From sequence record PP496441.1: a stretch of 64,000 bases of DNA; one strand, given 5' to 3'. Positions 17,382 to 26,339 of the stretch are shown here, one piece after another. Each line of letters starts with the position of its first letter. The stretch's first letter is position 1. The translations under genes were made by a program, and so were the position numbers. The notes beneath the pieces are model-generated. The model saw only the letters and a list, made by a program, of their open reading frames with translations. It was not told the DNA's origin and made no database searches.

Positions 17382-17891
17382 CTATTTCGGATCTGAAACT
17401 GGCTGCATGTCCATCAATTTACCGGACACTAGCACGAACATCTCCAGAAAAGCGCGGGTGACCACGTTCTTCTTACGCTGGGACTCTTGAATCCGCAGCA
17501 TGGAGTTGAAGGTGGCCAGCCGCAACGATGCCGAGGCGCTAAGCGCTGCATCGAAATACTCGGTCAGAGCCATTCCTTCCAGAACCTTGAAAGGAACCCC
17601 GGTAGTCTTCCAATCAACGGGTAGGACCACGGAGTCTGCGTCGCCGTTATAATTAGGCCACCCCGGCTTGCCCAGGCTTGGAACGTATACCGAATCCTTA
17701 TCCAGACCGGACTTACCAATCTCGGATAGCACGCGGTCCACCTGCATGTCGAACCACGCCCGTAGCGTAGAATCCATGGCCTCGAACTGGGCAAGACTCA
17801 TAGTGGACAGGATCACCGGGGTCAGTACTGTCTCGTTCGTGAACACCGGCAGTTCTTTATCGAACGGTGAGCTCTCGTCGTTACTGAGCAT
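17382..17891 (-). CDS. Hypothetical protein
   Basis: ORF in the operon; no motif recognised. Confidence 0.6.
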   Translation of the reverse strand: MLSNDESSPFDKELPVFTNETVLTPVILSTMSLAQFEAMDSTLRAWFDMQVDRVLSEIGKSGLDKDSVYVPSLGKPGWPNYNGDADSVVLPVDWKTTGVPFKVLEGMALTEYFDAALSASASLRLATFNSMLRIQESQRKKNVVTRAFLEMFVLVSGKLMDMQPVSDPK

Positions 17892-18426
17892 CGTTGTTAC
17901 CTTTGGCGACGTGCATCAGATGCTGATCCCAGTTGTTCATAGTAGGGGAACTCTCATCCTGAGCCATGCTCGAATAGTCCACAAGCCCCTTCTTAGCCAC
18001 CCAGCTCCGGAAGGCTTCTACCGCAGGCGCTGCATCGTGACGGGCGCTGAGAGTGATAACTTCGTCACGGGTGGTCAGGAAGCCGAGGAAGTCCATGACT
18101 GCCATCTGAACCAGCTCGGTGCTGATACGCGCCTGATCCGGGTGCGGCTGGTAGTTCTGGCTGAACTGGGTCTTACCAATGACATCGAGCCGACGCTGAC
18201 CATGCTCATCCAGCTCTTTCTGCAAGCGGACCAGTCCGTCCAGTCCTGCATAACCTGGGTGTTCGGCGGCTTGTGCAGCGGAATCAATCGCGGTCTTGAC
18301 GGCTGCATGTTGATCTGGAGTCAGTTCCTCCACTTTGGCGTATGCGACGCCTGTGGTGTTCAGCTGCTTGATCTGATCTTCGGTCAGTTGCGCGCCCATG
18401 GAGGGGTAGTCTTTCTTGTCAGTCAT
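17881..18426 (-). CDS. Hypothetical protein
   Basis: ATG 18426 with GAGG RBS; no motif recognised. Confidence 0.6.
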   Translation of the reverse strand: MTDKKDYPSMGAQLTEDQIKQLNTTGVAYAKVEELTPDQHAAVKTAIDSAAQAAEHPGYAGLDGLVRLQKELDEHGQRRLDVIGKTQFSQNYQPHPDQARISTELVQMAVMDFLGFLTTRDEVITLSARHDAAPAVEAFRSWVAKKGLVDYSSMAQDESSPTMNNWDQHLMHVAKGNNDAQ

Positions 18427-18497
18427 TTCAGATGCCTCATTAGGGTAGGAACACCAGATGTCGTACAGTGGTGTGTGCATTGGGGTAGGGCCTTATG

Positions 18498-19457
18498 TCA
18501 GTCCAAGTTGAATGCTGACCTAGCATAACCAACTGGGTCTGCGTATACGCATAGTTGGTAGATGCGGTCCGTACTGTTCTGCTCCACGATAGCTTCCTCG
18601 TAAGACGGAACCGAAACCTCTTCCACCGAAGGATCGTCCATTCCCGTATACAGATTGGTTTGGCCCTCCCCTTCTACCGCTTCCACACTCGGGACGTAAT
18701 ACGCCAGCCCCAGGTAGTGGTTGAACTCGTTGCTGGTCTTGGCGTCCTTGACCCAAAACTCAAGGTAGGATGTGAACGTACCCTTACTGACCTTGTACTT
18801 GTTGATCGCCCGCAAGGTGGCCAGCATGTAGTTCTGGGCCATGTCGTTGATGTCCACCTTGATCTTGGACATCGTGACTTCCTTGCGCACCTTGGAGAAC
18901 AACCAGCGGCTGTACTTCTTGGCGATCAGCTTGCGCAACTCGTTGGCCAGACCATACCACATGATCACCTGACGCCGGGCTGACCATAGATCACGGTGAC
19001 CGGTATAGCGAACGCTGGCTTCGATCTCCGACTTGCTCCGTACCAGCGTGTGATAGTTCGCCTTGGTAGCGGACGCCAACTCAAGGCACACACCGTCATA
19101 GCCTTCCGTTCGTTCAAGGAAAGCCTCGATGATGGCATGGTACATGGTTCTTTCCAGCTGCATATCGAAGAACAGGGTCAGCTTTTCCTGTGGATCTTTA
19201 ACCGACAGGAACCCGGCCATCAGGGATACAACATCACCCCGTGAGAAGGAGGACAGCTTGCGGCGCTTGTTCATCATCTGCCACGACATGGTAGTGGCAA
19301 CCACCTCGTCGGCGATCAGCGTTGTTTGGAAGATGACCAGTAATGCCCGGCCAATGAGGTCATCAAGTAGGCCAAACATCTGTGCACTGGTCAGGGTGAG
19401 GTCGTATGGATTATTCTGCTTCATCCACGACATCACATCTTGATGGTGACCGGCCAT
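18498..19457 (-). CDS. Phage sigma70-like RNA polymerase sigma factor
   Basis: Region 2 'DINDMAQNYMLATLRAINKYKVSKGTFTSYLEFWVKDA' matches DLxQEGxxGLxxAxxKFDxxKGxxFxTYAxWWIR; no clear region 4. Confidence 0.75.
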   Translation of the reverse strand: MAGHHQDVMSWMKQNNPYDLTLTSAQMFGLLDDLIGRALLVIFQTTLIADEVVATTMSWQMMNKRRKLSSFSRGDVVSLMAGFLSVKDPQEKLTLFFDMQLERTMYHAIIEAFLERTEGYDGVCLELASATKANYHTLVRSKSEIEASVRYTGHRDLWSARRQVIMWYGLANELRKLIAKKYSRWLFSKVRKEVTMSKIKVDINDMAQNYMLATLRAINKYKVSKGTFTSYLEFWVKDAKTSNEFNHYLGLAYYVPSVEAVEGEGQTNLYTGMDDPSVEEVSVPSYEEAIVEQNSTDRIYQLCVYADPVGYARSAFNLD

Positions 19458-19466
19458 GACCTACTC

Positions 19467-19628
19467 CTAGTTGAGCGCTTTGAGTGATTTCTTCTTCTGG
19501 AAGTCATCCCACATCACGTCGTATTCTTCACGGGTGATACCCGGCTTGGCAATCTTGGCGATGTCCCAGAATTCTTCCTTAGTCATCAAAGACAGTTTTT
19601 CTGCGTCCTCTCCCGGTAACTTTTCCAT
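19467..19628 (-). CDS. Small hypothetical protein
   Basis: ATG 19628 (MEKLPGED...) coupled to the upstream stop. Confidence 0.5.
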   Translation of the reverse strand: MEKLPGEDAEKLSLMTKEEFWDIAKIAKPGITREEYDVMWDDFQKKKSLKALN

Positions 19629-19630
19629 GA

Positions 19631-20083
19631 TCAGTATCCTTTGGCCTTGATAGCCATAAGTAGGCGCAAGACGTGCTTGCATACCAGTGGAACCATCGAG
19701 GCGTTCTTGACGATGGGCTTCTCACCGTTGGAGTACACGATGTCGGCAGCACCTACTCGGTACAGCGCCACTTCCCACGTGAAGCAATGGTCTTCGCAGT
19801 CGCACTCCACCTTGATACCCGCAGCCCGGCTCACCTTGGAAGCACGGTCCAGCGCAGTGATCTTCACGCGGCGCTTCTGCGGGTTGGTGTTGATCCGGGT
19901 GCGACGACTCTTGGCCGTGCACTCGACGACGAGGTTACCCTCCTTGTCAACGGTGCGCTTCGGGGAATACAGGCGAACGTCACGGCTGCGCTCATACGTG
20001 TAAGGCATGTAGCGCGTTGTCTCGTTGATCAGCTTCTTGAGGGGCAATCCCTTCTTACTTTTTTGCTTTACTACGCTCGCCAT
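19631..20083 (-). CDS. SWIM zinc-finger protein
   Basis: 'ECDC...VCKH' CxC-(n)-CxH signature. Confidence 0.7.
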   Translation of the reverse strand: MASVVKQKSKKGLPLKKLINETTRYMPYTYERSRDVRLYSPKRTVDKEGNLVVECTAKSRRTRINTNPQKRRVKITALDRASKVSRAAGIKVECDCEDHCFTWEVALYRVGAADIVYSNGEKPIVKNASMVPLVCKHVLRLLMAIKAKGY

Positions 20084-21656
20084 CGCTCTGCTTCCTTCTC
20101 TTAGCAACCCGATCCCGCGCTTCCTTGGAAGCCTTCGAGCCACGTTTGGTTGAAGTACTGGATGCCTTGGTATGACCCTTCGGTGCCCCGGTCTTGGACT
20201 TCACGCCGTGCTTGACCTTGGCTACCGTGTCGGACTCGTAACGCTCCAGAATGCTGGTGATACGGTCACGTGCGTCTTCCTCGGTCATCTCCGGAACAGG
20301 AGCCCCGTTCTCGTCCAGCACCTGTGTTTCAGGAACTGCGCCGAACAACGACGAGGTCTTGCCGGGGCCAGTGGTCGGCAGCGAGTTCAGGAAGAAGGAA
20401 TACTTGTTCCGAGTCGCGTCGTAACCTACGTCCACTACGCTGTCGATCAGATCGTACAGCTTCATCGACTCACCCTTGCCGCCGCGAGTCTTCAAGTGAC
20501 CGTTTACCACCTCACGCACTTCCTTGTCGGTAGAGTTCATGATGATCTCAGTCATCGATGTCACAATCCGATTGTAGGTGTACATGTTGTGGTAGGCCAG
20601 CAGGAAGGTGGACACGTTGCCGCCAATCACGCTGAGAACGTCGGTGTACTTGATCGCGGTGCACACTGGGCAGTTGCACGGCAGATGGTTGAACGGGCTC
20701 GGGCTGTTCACCTTGTCGAACATCTTGAAGAAGCCCGGCGGGGTGCTGATGTGCTCTTGGAAGTAGTAGCCCTTGGATACCGATTCCTGCAACCACGTCG
20801 AGGCATCACTGGTGATCAGCGGGGCCAGCCCTTTCTTCGCCATGTAGATCAGTGGATAGACCAGCGAGAGCTTGGCGACACCGAGCATGTGGTACTGCTC
20901 GTATTTGCGACCGGTAACCATCTGCTGGATGATCTTGGCAATGGCGGTCATCTGGGTATCGTAATACGTACCACCCATGGCCAGACGAGTTATGTCGTCA
21001 CGCTCTACCAGTTCACGGTAGCGGCTTACTTCTTCCTGCGTGTTACCGTGGAAGATGTTCATCAGCTCCAAACTGGGACGCTTGTTCTGCATCATCAGTT
21101 CGGTGTTCGCAGCCTGCACTCGACCCAAGCGCTGATACAACTCTGGATCGTTGAAGTGCATCGGGATATCGAGCACGATACCGATGTCTGCATTGTTGTT
21201 GTACCACTGGATGATCTCCATCGGGTCTAGGTAGTCGAGACGACCCATACCGAGCTGGAAACCTCCGGAGTCCGCGACGATGTGTCTAGACTTGTCAGCG
21301 AATGCAGTCACGTCACCTTTACGAGTGTTGTGAGAGATACTATCTTTGTTGATGTGCTGGGTGTAGTTGACCATGTACTGGCTGACGCCCATGTCTCGCG
21401 CCGTCAGATCGTCAAACGCACTCATGTGATACATCTCGTCGAACGACCCATCTGCCCAGCGCGTGGACACAGCATGGTGGGTATTGGACACGATGAACAG
21501 GTCACGGTCGGGACACTTGAGGAAGATGTGGTTTCCGCCGATTTCCACTAAGTCGATCTTGTTGGGGTTCTTGGCGTAACGGACGTATACCGAAATGCCT
21601 CCATGCGCGGGGTAGAACACTCCAGCAGGCACCAGTTTGAATTGACCAGGCGTCAC
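20055..21656 (-). CDS. tRNA-guanine transglycosylase (TGT)/DpdA-like base-exchange enzyme
   Basis: 'ADSGGFQ', 'VLDIP', 'FHG', 'AMGG', 'HMLG', 'SDASTW', and Zn site 'CNCPVC...HN'; basic C-terminal tail. Confidence 0.85.
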   Translation of the reverse strand: MTPGQFKLVPAGVFYPAHGGISVYVRYAKNPNKIDLVEIGGNHIFLKCPDRDLFIVSNTHHAVSTRWADGSFDEMYHMSAFDDLTARDMGVSQYMVNYTQHINKDSISHNTRKGDVTAFADKSRHIVADSGGFQLGMGRLDYLDPMEIIQWYNNNADIGIVLDIPMHFNDPELYQRLGRVQAANTELMMQNKRPSLELMNIFHGNTQEEVSRYRELVERDDITRLAMGGTYYDTQMTAIAKIIQQMVTGRKYEQYHMLGVAKLSLVYPLIYMAKKGLAPLITSDASTWLQESVSKGYYFQEHISTPPGFFKMFDKVNSPSPFNHLPCNCPVCTAIKYTDVLSVIGGNVSTFLLAYHNMYTYNRIVTSMTEIIMNSTDKEVREVVNGHLKTRGGKGESMKLYDLIDSVVDVGYDATRNKYSFFLNSLPTTGPGKTSSLFGAVPETQVLDENGAPVPEMTEEDARDRITSILERYESDTVAKVKHGVKSKTGAPKGHTKASSTSTKRGSKASKEARDRVAKRRKQSDGERSKAKK

Positions 21657-21680
21657 TGCGCGTACTCCTATGTAAGGGTT

Positions 21681-21715
21681 AAAAACCCGCGTCCCAGTTT
21701 CCCAGAACGCGGGTT
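21681..21715 (-). terminator. Intrinsic terminator
   Basis: AACCCGCGT...ACGCGGGTT stem followed by a T tract on the minus strand. Confidence 0.75.
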
Positions 21716-21749
21716 GGTTACACGCTATTTACAGGCGTGTTGGCCCTAC

Positions 21750-22328
21750 TTACTTCGAGTCGGCAGCTTTGGCTTCCTTCTTGGCTTCCTTTTCGGCAGC
21801 ATCGGAATCAGCCTTGGTGAAGATCGCTTGGATCAGGTGTGCGGCCGCGCGTGGGTTGTGCGAGTTGCGCTCCAGAATCGTACGGATCTCTTGCAGGCTG
21901 GCGCCAGCGCCCGACTTGCCGGAAGTGGACTTCGCGCCCTCGTCGTGAGCATTGATCTCGACGGCGTGGAGTTCGTCCTTGGTCAGCAGGGTCAGGCCGT
22001 TGGCTTGAACGTAGCGGTCTACGACCAGCTTCGTGTCGGACTCAGACAGGTCCTCCGGGTCGAACGACTTGAGCATGGGGTCAGTACTGACTTGACCTTC
22101 AACGTCGGAACCGATAACCTTGTCGGCAGTGGCCAGGTCTTCCGGGGTGGCTTTGTCTTTCGCAGCCGCTTGACCTGCACCGCCGGTATCGACCGCGCTC
22201 GCATCGGAAGAAGTGGAAGGAGTGGGCTTGGCCGAGGTTTCAGACTTGGCAGCGGTTTCCTTCGCTTCGGTGGTCGCTTTGGTTTTGGTCTTTTCTTCGG
22301 CAGCAGGTTTCGAGGATTTAGCAGTCAT
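21750..22328 (-). CDS. Hypothetical Ala/Lys/Thr-rich protein
   Basis: ATG 22328 with AGGAG RBS; low-complexity termini. Confidence 0.7.
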   Translation of the reverse strand: MTAKSSKPAAEEKTKTKATTEAKETAAKSETSAKPTPSTSSDASAVDTGGAGQAAAKDKATPEDLATADKVIGSDVEGQVSTDPMLKSFDPEDLSESDTKLVVDRYVQANGLTLLTKDELHAVEINAHDEGAKSTSGKSGAGASLQEIRTILERNSHNPRAAAHLIQAIFTKADSDAAEKEAKKEAKAADSK

Positions 22329-22409
22329 GGTGAATCTCCTAACATTGGAATTACCACCCAAGAGGCCTCTCGGTGTGGGATGTTGCAGTGCAGCACTTGC
22401 GGTAGACGG

Positions 22410-23507
22410 TTACTCCGGGTTCCGGTCGAAGCCTTTGCCGCGCATGGCGGTGAAGCTCTTCTCAACCAGCCGGTGGATCGATTTCGGCAGCTTCTCACCC
22501 ATGGCGTACCAGCGCACGGCTTCACAGAAGAATTCCGATGGGTTCTTCTGGCTGTACTCACCGATAGGTGATTCCATGATGTTGACCGGCAGGTCAGTGG
22601 TCGGCCACACGGCGTCGGGCACCAGATTGCCGGACAGGAGGATGTTCAGCTTCTCCTCATCCAGATAGTGGTTCTCGCCGACGTACGTGATGATCGCTGC
22701 CAGAGCCGCTTCATCTTTCTCGTTCATGCTGGCGTAGGCCAGTTCGGTGTTGCCCTTCTTGATCAGCGTACGCACGATTCGATCCAGCTGCTTCTTAGAC
22801 GCCGTGTCTTCGATTACGTACTTGTGGTACTCGCTGATCCAGAGTGCCTGAATGGAATCAGGCATCAGTCGGCTCATCAGTCCGTGGGCGAACTCATGCG
22901 CAACCAGATGCTGCACGTAGTTGACGTTCTGAGCTTCCTTCGGTCGCAGGCGAACACGGTCCATTGGCTCTTTCGCCATGTTCACCGTGGTGTAGTCGCC
23001 GTCGTATTTACCTTTCGGCTCATGCAGCTCGATGCGCAGCGGGAAGATAGCGTCCAGCCCCCAGCCTTTGTACTGCTCGTACACCTTGTCCAGCCCGGTC
23101 ATCAAACCTTTGAAGCTGGCTTCGTCCAGATCGGGGATGTAGCTGAACACCGGACCGTAAGGCTTGTCGTCGAAGCTGTCGTGGCGCAGCAGAATGGTGC
23201 AACCGTAGACGCTGCCCGGCTCGGGGCGTGGGCCAAGGTTGAGGATGACTTGAGCGTGCGGGACACGGGTGAGCATCTCGTCGTCCAGCTCGTAGTCTTC
23301 CGACTTGTTCAACGCACCCAAGTCGGCGCCGGTGACTTCGGAACCTTTGAGGCTGTACACGCGCAAGGCCAGCTTGCGGTACTTGGTCTCACCGCCCTCG
23401 TCATCATTCTTGGCCGACTTGCTGATCTTGACGATCACGATATCCCCGGCGTTGACCGGGACCAACGGCACCTCTGGAGCTGCCTTATTACGGTCTTTCT
23501 TTTTCAT
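22410..23507 (-). CDS. Zincin-like metallopeptidase-domain protein
   Basis: 'VAHEFAHGL' HExxH plus downstream 'EYSQKNPSEFFCEA'. Confidence 0.7.
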   Translation of the reverse strand: MKKKDRNKAAPEVPLVPVNAGDIVIVKISKSAKNDDEGGETKYRKLALRVYSLKGSEVTGADLGALNKSEDYELDDEMLTRVPHAQVILNLGPRPEPGSVYGCTILLRHDSFDDKPYGPVFSYIPDLDEASFKGLMTGLDKVYEQYKGWGLDAIFPLRIELHEPKGKYDGDYTTVNMAKEPMDRVRLRPKEAQNVNYVQHLVAHEFAHGLMSRLMPDSIQALWISEYHKYVIEDTASKKQLDRIVRTLIKKGNTELAYASMNEKDEAALAAIITYVGENHYLDEEKLNILLSGNLVPDAVWPTTDLPVNIMESPIGEYSQKNPSEFFCEAVRWYAMGEKLPKSIHRLVEKSFTAMRGKGFDRNPE

Positions 23508-23526
23508 CGGTAGGGTCTCTTGCGGA

Positions 23527-23814
23527 TTAAAGGTTGGCAGCGAGTAGTTCGCAGAACTGCTGCACGGTTAAGTACTGGGCCTCGGACTGCTTGACCAGTT
23601 CACTGACCAACTTATCTGGAACGTCACAAGCAATGCCTTCGTAGTCCTCCAATGCCATGGCAAACTCTACCCAGTCCAGCGAGTCAAGGCCCATATCGAT
23701 AACCAGTGTGTCTGGCTGGGCCATGTAAGGAGCGGTGTTAACGTTCAACCTCGGTGTGGGCAGCGCGTGCAGACATTGGATGACAGCAGATGTTACAACA
23801 TTGATGTGAAGCAT
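23527..23814 (-). CDS. Acyl carrier protein (ACP)-like
   Basis: 'PDT...DMGLDSLDWVEFAMALED..GI..DVPD...LTVQQ' aligns with the ACP signature DLGxDSLDxVELxMALEE, with the Ser intact. Confidence 0.85.
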   Translation of the reverse strand: MLHINVVTSAVIQCLHALPTPRLNVNTAPYMAQPDTLVIDMGLDSLDWVEFAMALEDYEGIACDVPDKLVSELVKQSEAQYLTVQQFCELLAANL

Positions 23815-23876
23815 GTATCTTACCTATGACGAATACGAACAAACCCGCCAGACAGTAGCCTAGCGGGTGCTGGGGT

Positions 23877-24497
23877 TTAGTTTACCGCGACTTCAACCTC
23901 GGGTGCTTCCGGGATCGCATTGTCTCGGATACGGGCCGCCCAAGGCTTGTCAGCGAACGTGCCCCGTTTAAGGTGAAGGTGCGGCAGGATCGGATCAGGG
24001 ATTGCCTGATTGGGCAGCAGCGTCGTCTCGATGCGCTTTCCATTACGCTTGCGGGCGCCCAGCTGAAAGATGTACGTTGGGACTCGACTGCCCGCCACCA
24101 CCTTCGGGAACCTGCTATTCAGGGTAAGCTGATGTTCTACGTCTTTTGCTTGATGCAGGAACACTACACCGACCAGGTTGGGATTCGCCAAGATGACGAC
24201 ATCCCGTTTGACCCCGGCCAGCTTGTTGTACTCTTTACCGTCAGCCCGGTACGCAATCTCACACGGCTCGGACATATCGCCCCACGGCATCTCCACGCCG
24301 ACCGGATCGTTCCCCAACTCATCCAGACAGTATGAAGCGGCATGGGTTTCAGCACCTCGGCAGCGGCTGTTAATGATCGCCACCTCCTTCGGGTCGAGTC
24401 CCATGTGCTGAATCACAGAGTTCAAGCATGCAACCATCAAAGGATAGGTCGTGAAACCATAATCCCCGATCACGGCGATCAGCTTCTTATCGGACAT
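23877..24497 (-). CDS. SLOG-family (YspA/DUF2493-like) protein
   Basis: 'KLIAVIGDYGFTTYPLM...IINSRCRGAETHAASY' follows the pattern 'vaitGsR.f.dy...ivsGgArGAD.lA..y'. Confidence 0.65.
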   Translation of the reverse strand: MSDKKLIAVIGDYGFTTYPLMVACLNSVIQHMGLDPKEVAIINSRCRGAETHAASYCLDELGNDPVGVEMPWGDMSEPCEIAYRADGKEYNKLAGVKRDVVILANPNLVGVVFLHQAKDVEHQLTLNSRFPKVVAGSRVPTYIFQLGARKRNGKRIETTLLPNQAIPDPILPHLHLKRGTFADKPWAARIRDNAIPEAPEVEVAVN

Positions 24498-24544
24498 GGT
24501 AGTGCTCCTACAGGTAGACTTATGGGTAGTGTTGACCCATTTAA

Positions 24545-25207
24545 TTAGTAGGTATAACGGGGAGCTGCCGGAGTCTCAGGAACGACCAGTTGGTGCGTAG
24601 GGAAGAGCGAACCGATCACAATGCGGAAGTACTGGCCTTCGCCGCACTCCGGGATGTTGAACGACATGAAGAACTTGCCGTCGTCCTTGTCGGTGCCGCT
24701 TTCCAGCCCCATGTCTTCCCAGCGCAGGATCTTCTGAGCTTCTAGATACTTGGTATCGGCGATCTCCACGATGGTGACTTCGCGCAGCATGGTCATCAGG
24801 CTGGCGCTACCCCGCAGTGCCTTGAGTGGCAAGCGGTAGTACTCGTAGCACAGATCGTTGAGCACCTTGAGGAACGTCACGTCGCTTACCTTGGGCAGCT
24901 TGGTGAAGTCCACCGTGTGAGAGTAACCTTGTGAACCGAGCTTGCCGCTGACGTTGCGAGACATAACAATCTCCCGTTGTGACATTCCCTTGTGGATTTT
25001 AGCCAAGGCTTCCCGAACGTCGTCCTGCGCATCACGGGCGGCTTGCTGCGCCTCGGTCAGCGGCTTGTGATGATGGCCGCGACGAGAGCTGGCGTGCTGG
25101 AAGGCGTCGTTGTTGGACGCGTTGTGCTGAGTGCGGTATGCCGGGGTAGGTGCTGGAATAGTCATGGTCTTGTTCCTATAGGTTGCGGACTTTAATGAGG
25201 TTGCCAC
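24545..25207 (-). CDS. Hypothetical protein
   Basis: ORF in the operon; start uncertain. Confidence 0.6.
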   Translation of the reverse strand: MATSLKSATYRNKTMTIPAPTPAYRTQHNASNNDAFQHASSRRGHHHKPLTEAQQAARDAQDDVREALAKIHKGMSQREIVMSRNVSGKLGSQGYSHTVDFTKLPKVSDVTFLKVLNDLCYEYYRLPLKALRGSASLMTMLREVTIVEIADTKYLEAQKILRWEDMGLESGTDKDDGKFFMSFNIPECGEGQYFRIVIGSLFPTHQLVVPETPAAPRYTY

Positions 25208-26276
25208 TGGATGCGGCGATTAACATGGTCTTGGTTAGCCCTCGCTTGCTGAAGCACAAATCGTCTTCGGCCAGCGGGCAGCTGAAATAATCATTCTTCA
25301 TTATCTCGTCGTGATCCGCCTTGCAGTGGCAGGGACGCAACTTTTCGATCTTGTCGAATGTGGTCAACAATACTGATTTACTGCGAACTTTCAACAAGTC
25401 CCTCCAGAGCTCCCATCCCAGCTCATATTCTGCCATGAGTTTTCGCAGTTGGCGCTTCTCTTTATCTGGCAGGATATCACCCACAATAACGCGGCGATGG
25501 AAGTTGTCTCGGGTGATGTAGATCAGCATCCAGCCTTCAATGACGATGTTGTGCATCATCTCAAGCAGCACGATGTACGACTTGATCTGGGGCACGTTGG
25601 CTTTGGCCGGGAATACGCCACCTTCTTTCTGGTGCTTCATCACCTTGTAGCTAGACGTGGTCTTGTAGTCGATCACGTAGTACTTGCCGTCGAGCCAGAG
25701 CAGTCCGTCGGTGTGACCCGTGATGTTCTTGCCATATCGAACTGCCAGTTCTTCATAGCGGAAGAACTTGTGACCACACTTGACGCACTTGCCGGGATGG
25801 GGCGAGAACTCGTGGTTGTGTTTACACTTCTTGCAGTAGTAGTCGCCGACGATGGCCCGCTTGAGGCCCTTCATAAATTTCTGGCGACTCAGCTTCTTCT
25901 TCGTGGCTGTATCAAGGACCTTGGCGTTACGGCGTGCTGAATCTCCCATGGCGAATGGGGTCAGGCTGACAGCGTGCTGGAACGTCTCGTGCACCGCCGT
26001 ACCGATGGACGTATAAAAGCCACCACCGACAACTTCTTCCTCACGTTCCATGACCAGACCGCTTTCCAGTGTGGCGATGGCGTGATAGATCGGGCAGAAC
26101 GGGAATGAACTGGGGTGAAGGTCCATTACCCGTGTTTCAGACATATGGCGAACGTCCGTGACTTTGCACGCCTCCGCCATGATGCGTTCCATTTCCTTGA
26201 GCGCATCGGCCATAGGGCCGGACACCACCTGATGCCTGCTCACTAACCCGATGTTTGCTTTTCCGAAACCTTTCAT
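25176..26276 (-). CDS. Cas4/RecB-like PD-(D/E)xK exonuclease with a zinc ribbon
   Basis: 'HPSSFPFCP', 'GTAVHE', 'GHTDG', 'IDYKTT', a C-terminal Cys cluster and internal CKKC/CVKC. Confidence 0.8.
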   Translation of the reverse strand: MKGFGKANIGLVSRHQVVSGPMADALKEMERIMAEACKVTDVRHMSETRVMDLHPSSFPFCPIYHAIATLESGLVMEREEEVVGGGFYTSIGTAVHETFQHAVSLTPFAMGDSARRNAKVLDTATKKKLSRQKFMKGLKRAIVGDYYCKKCKHNHEFSPHPGKCVKCGHKFFRYEELAVRYGKNITGHTDGLLWLDGKYYVIDYKTTSSYKVMKHQKEGGVFPAKANVPQIKSYIVLLEMMHNIVIEGWMLIYITRDNFHRRVIVGDILPDKEKRQLRKLMAEYELGWELWRDLLKVRSKSVLLTTFDKIEKLRPCHCKADHDEIMKNDYFSCPLAEDDLCFSKRGLTKTMLIAASSGNLIKVRNL

Positions 26277-26339
26277 GGGGTACTCTTTTAGGTCGGGTAA
26301 ATGTTCGATAATTATGGGCTATTTACCGAGGTAATGGCA

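Noticed and set aside
25176-26276. CRISPR-Cas locus suggested by the Cas4-like nuclease
   Set aside because: No cas1/cas2 and no repeat-spacer array were seen; stand-alone Cas4-like exonucleases are common in phage replication modules.
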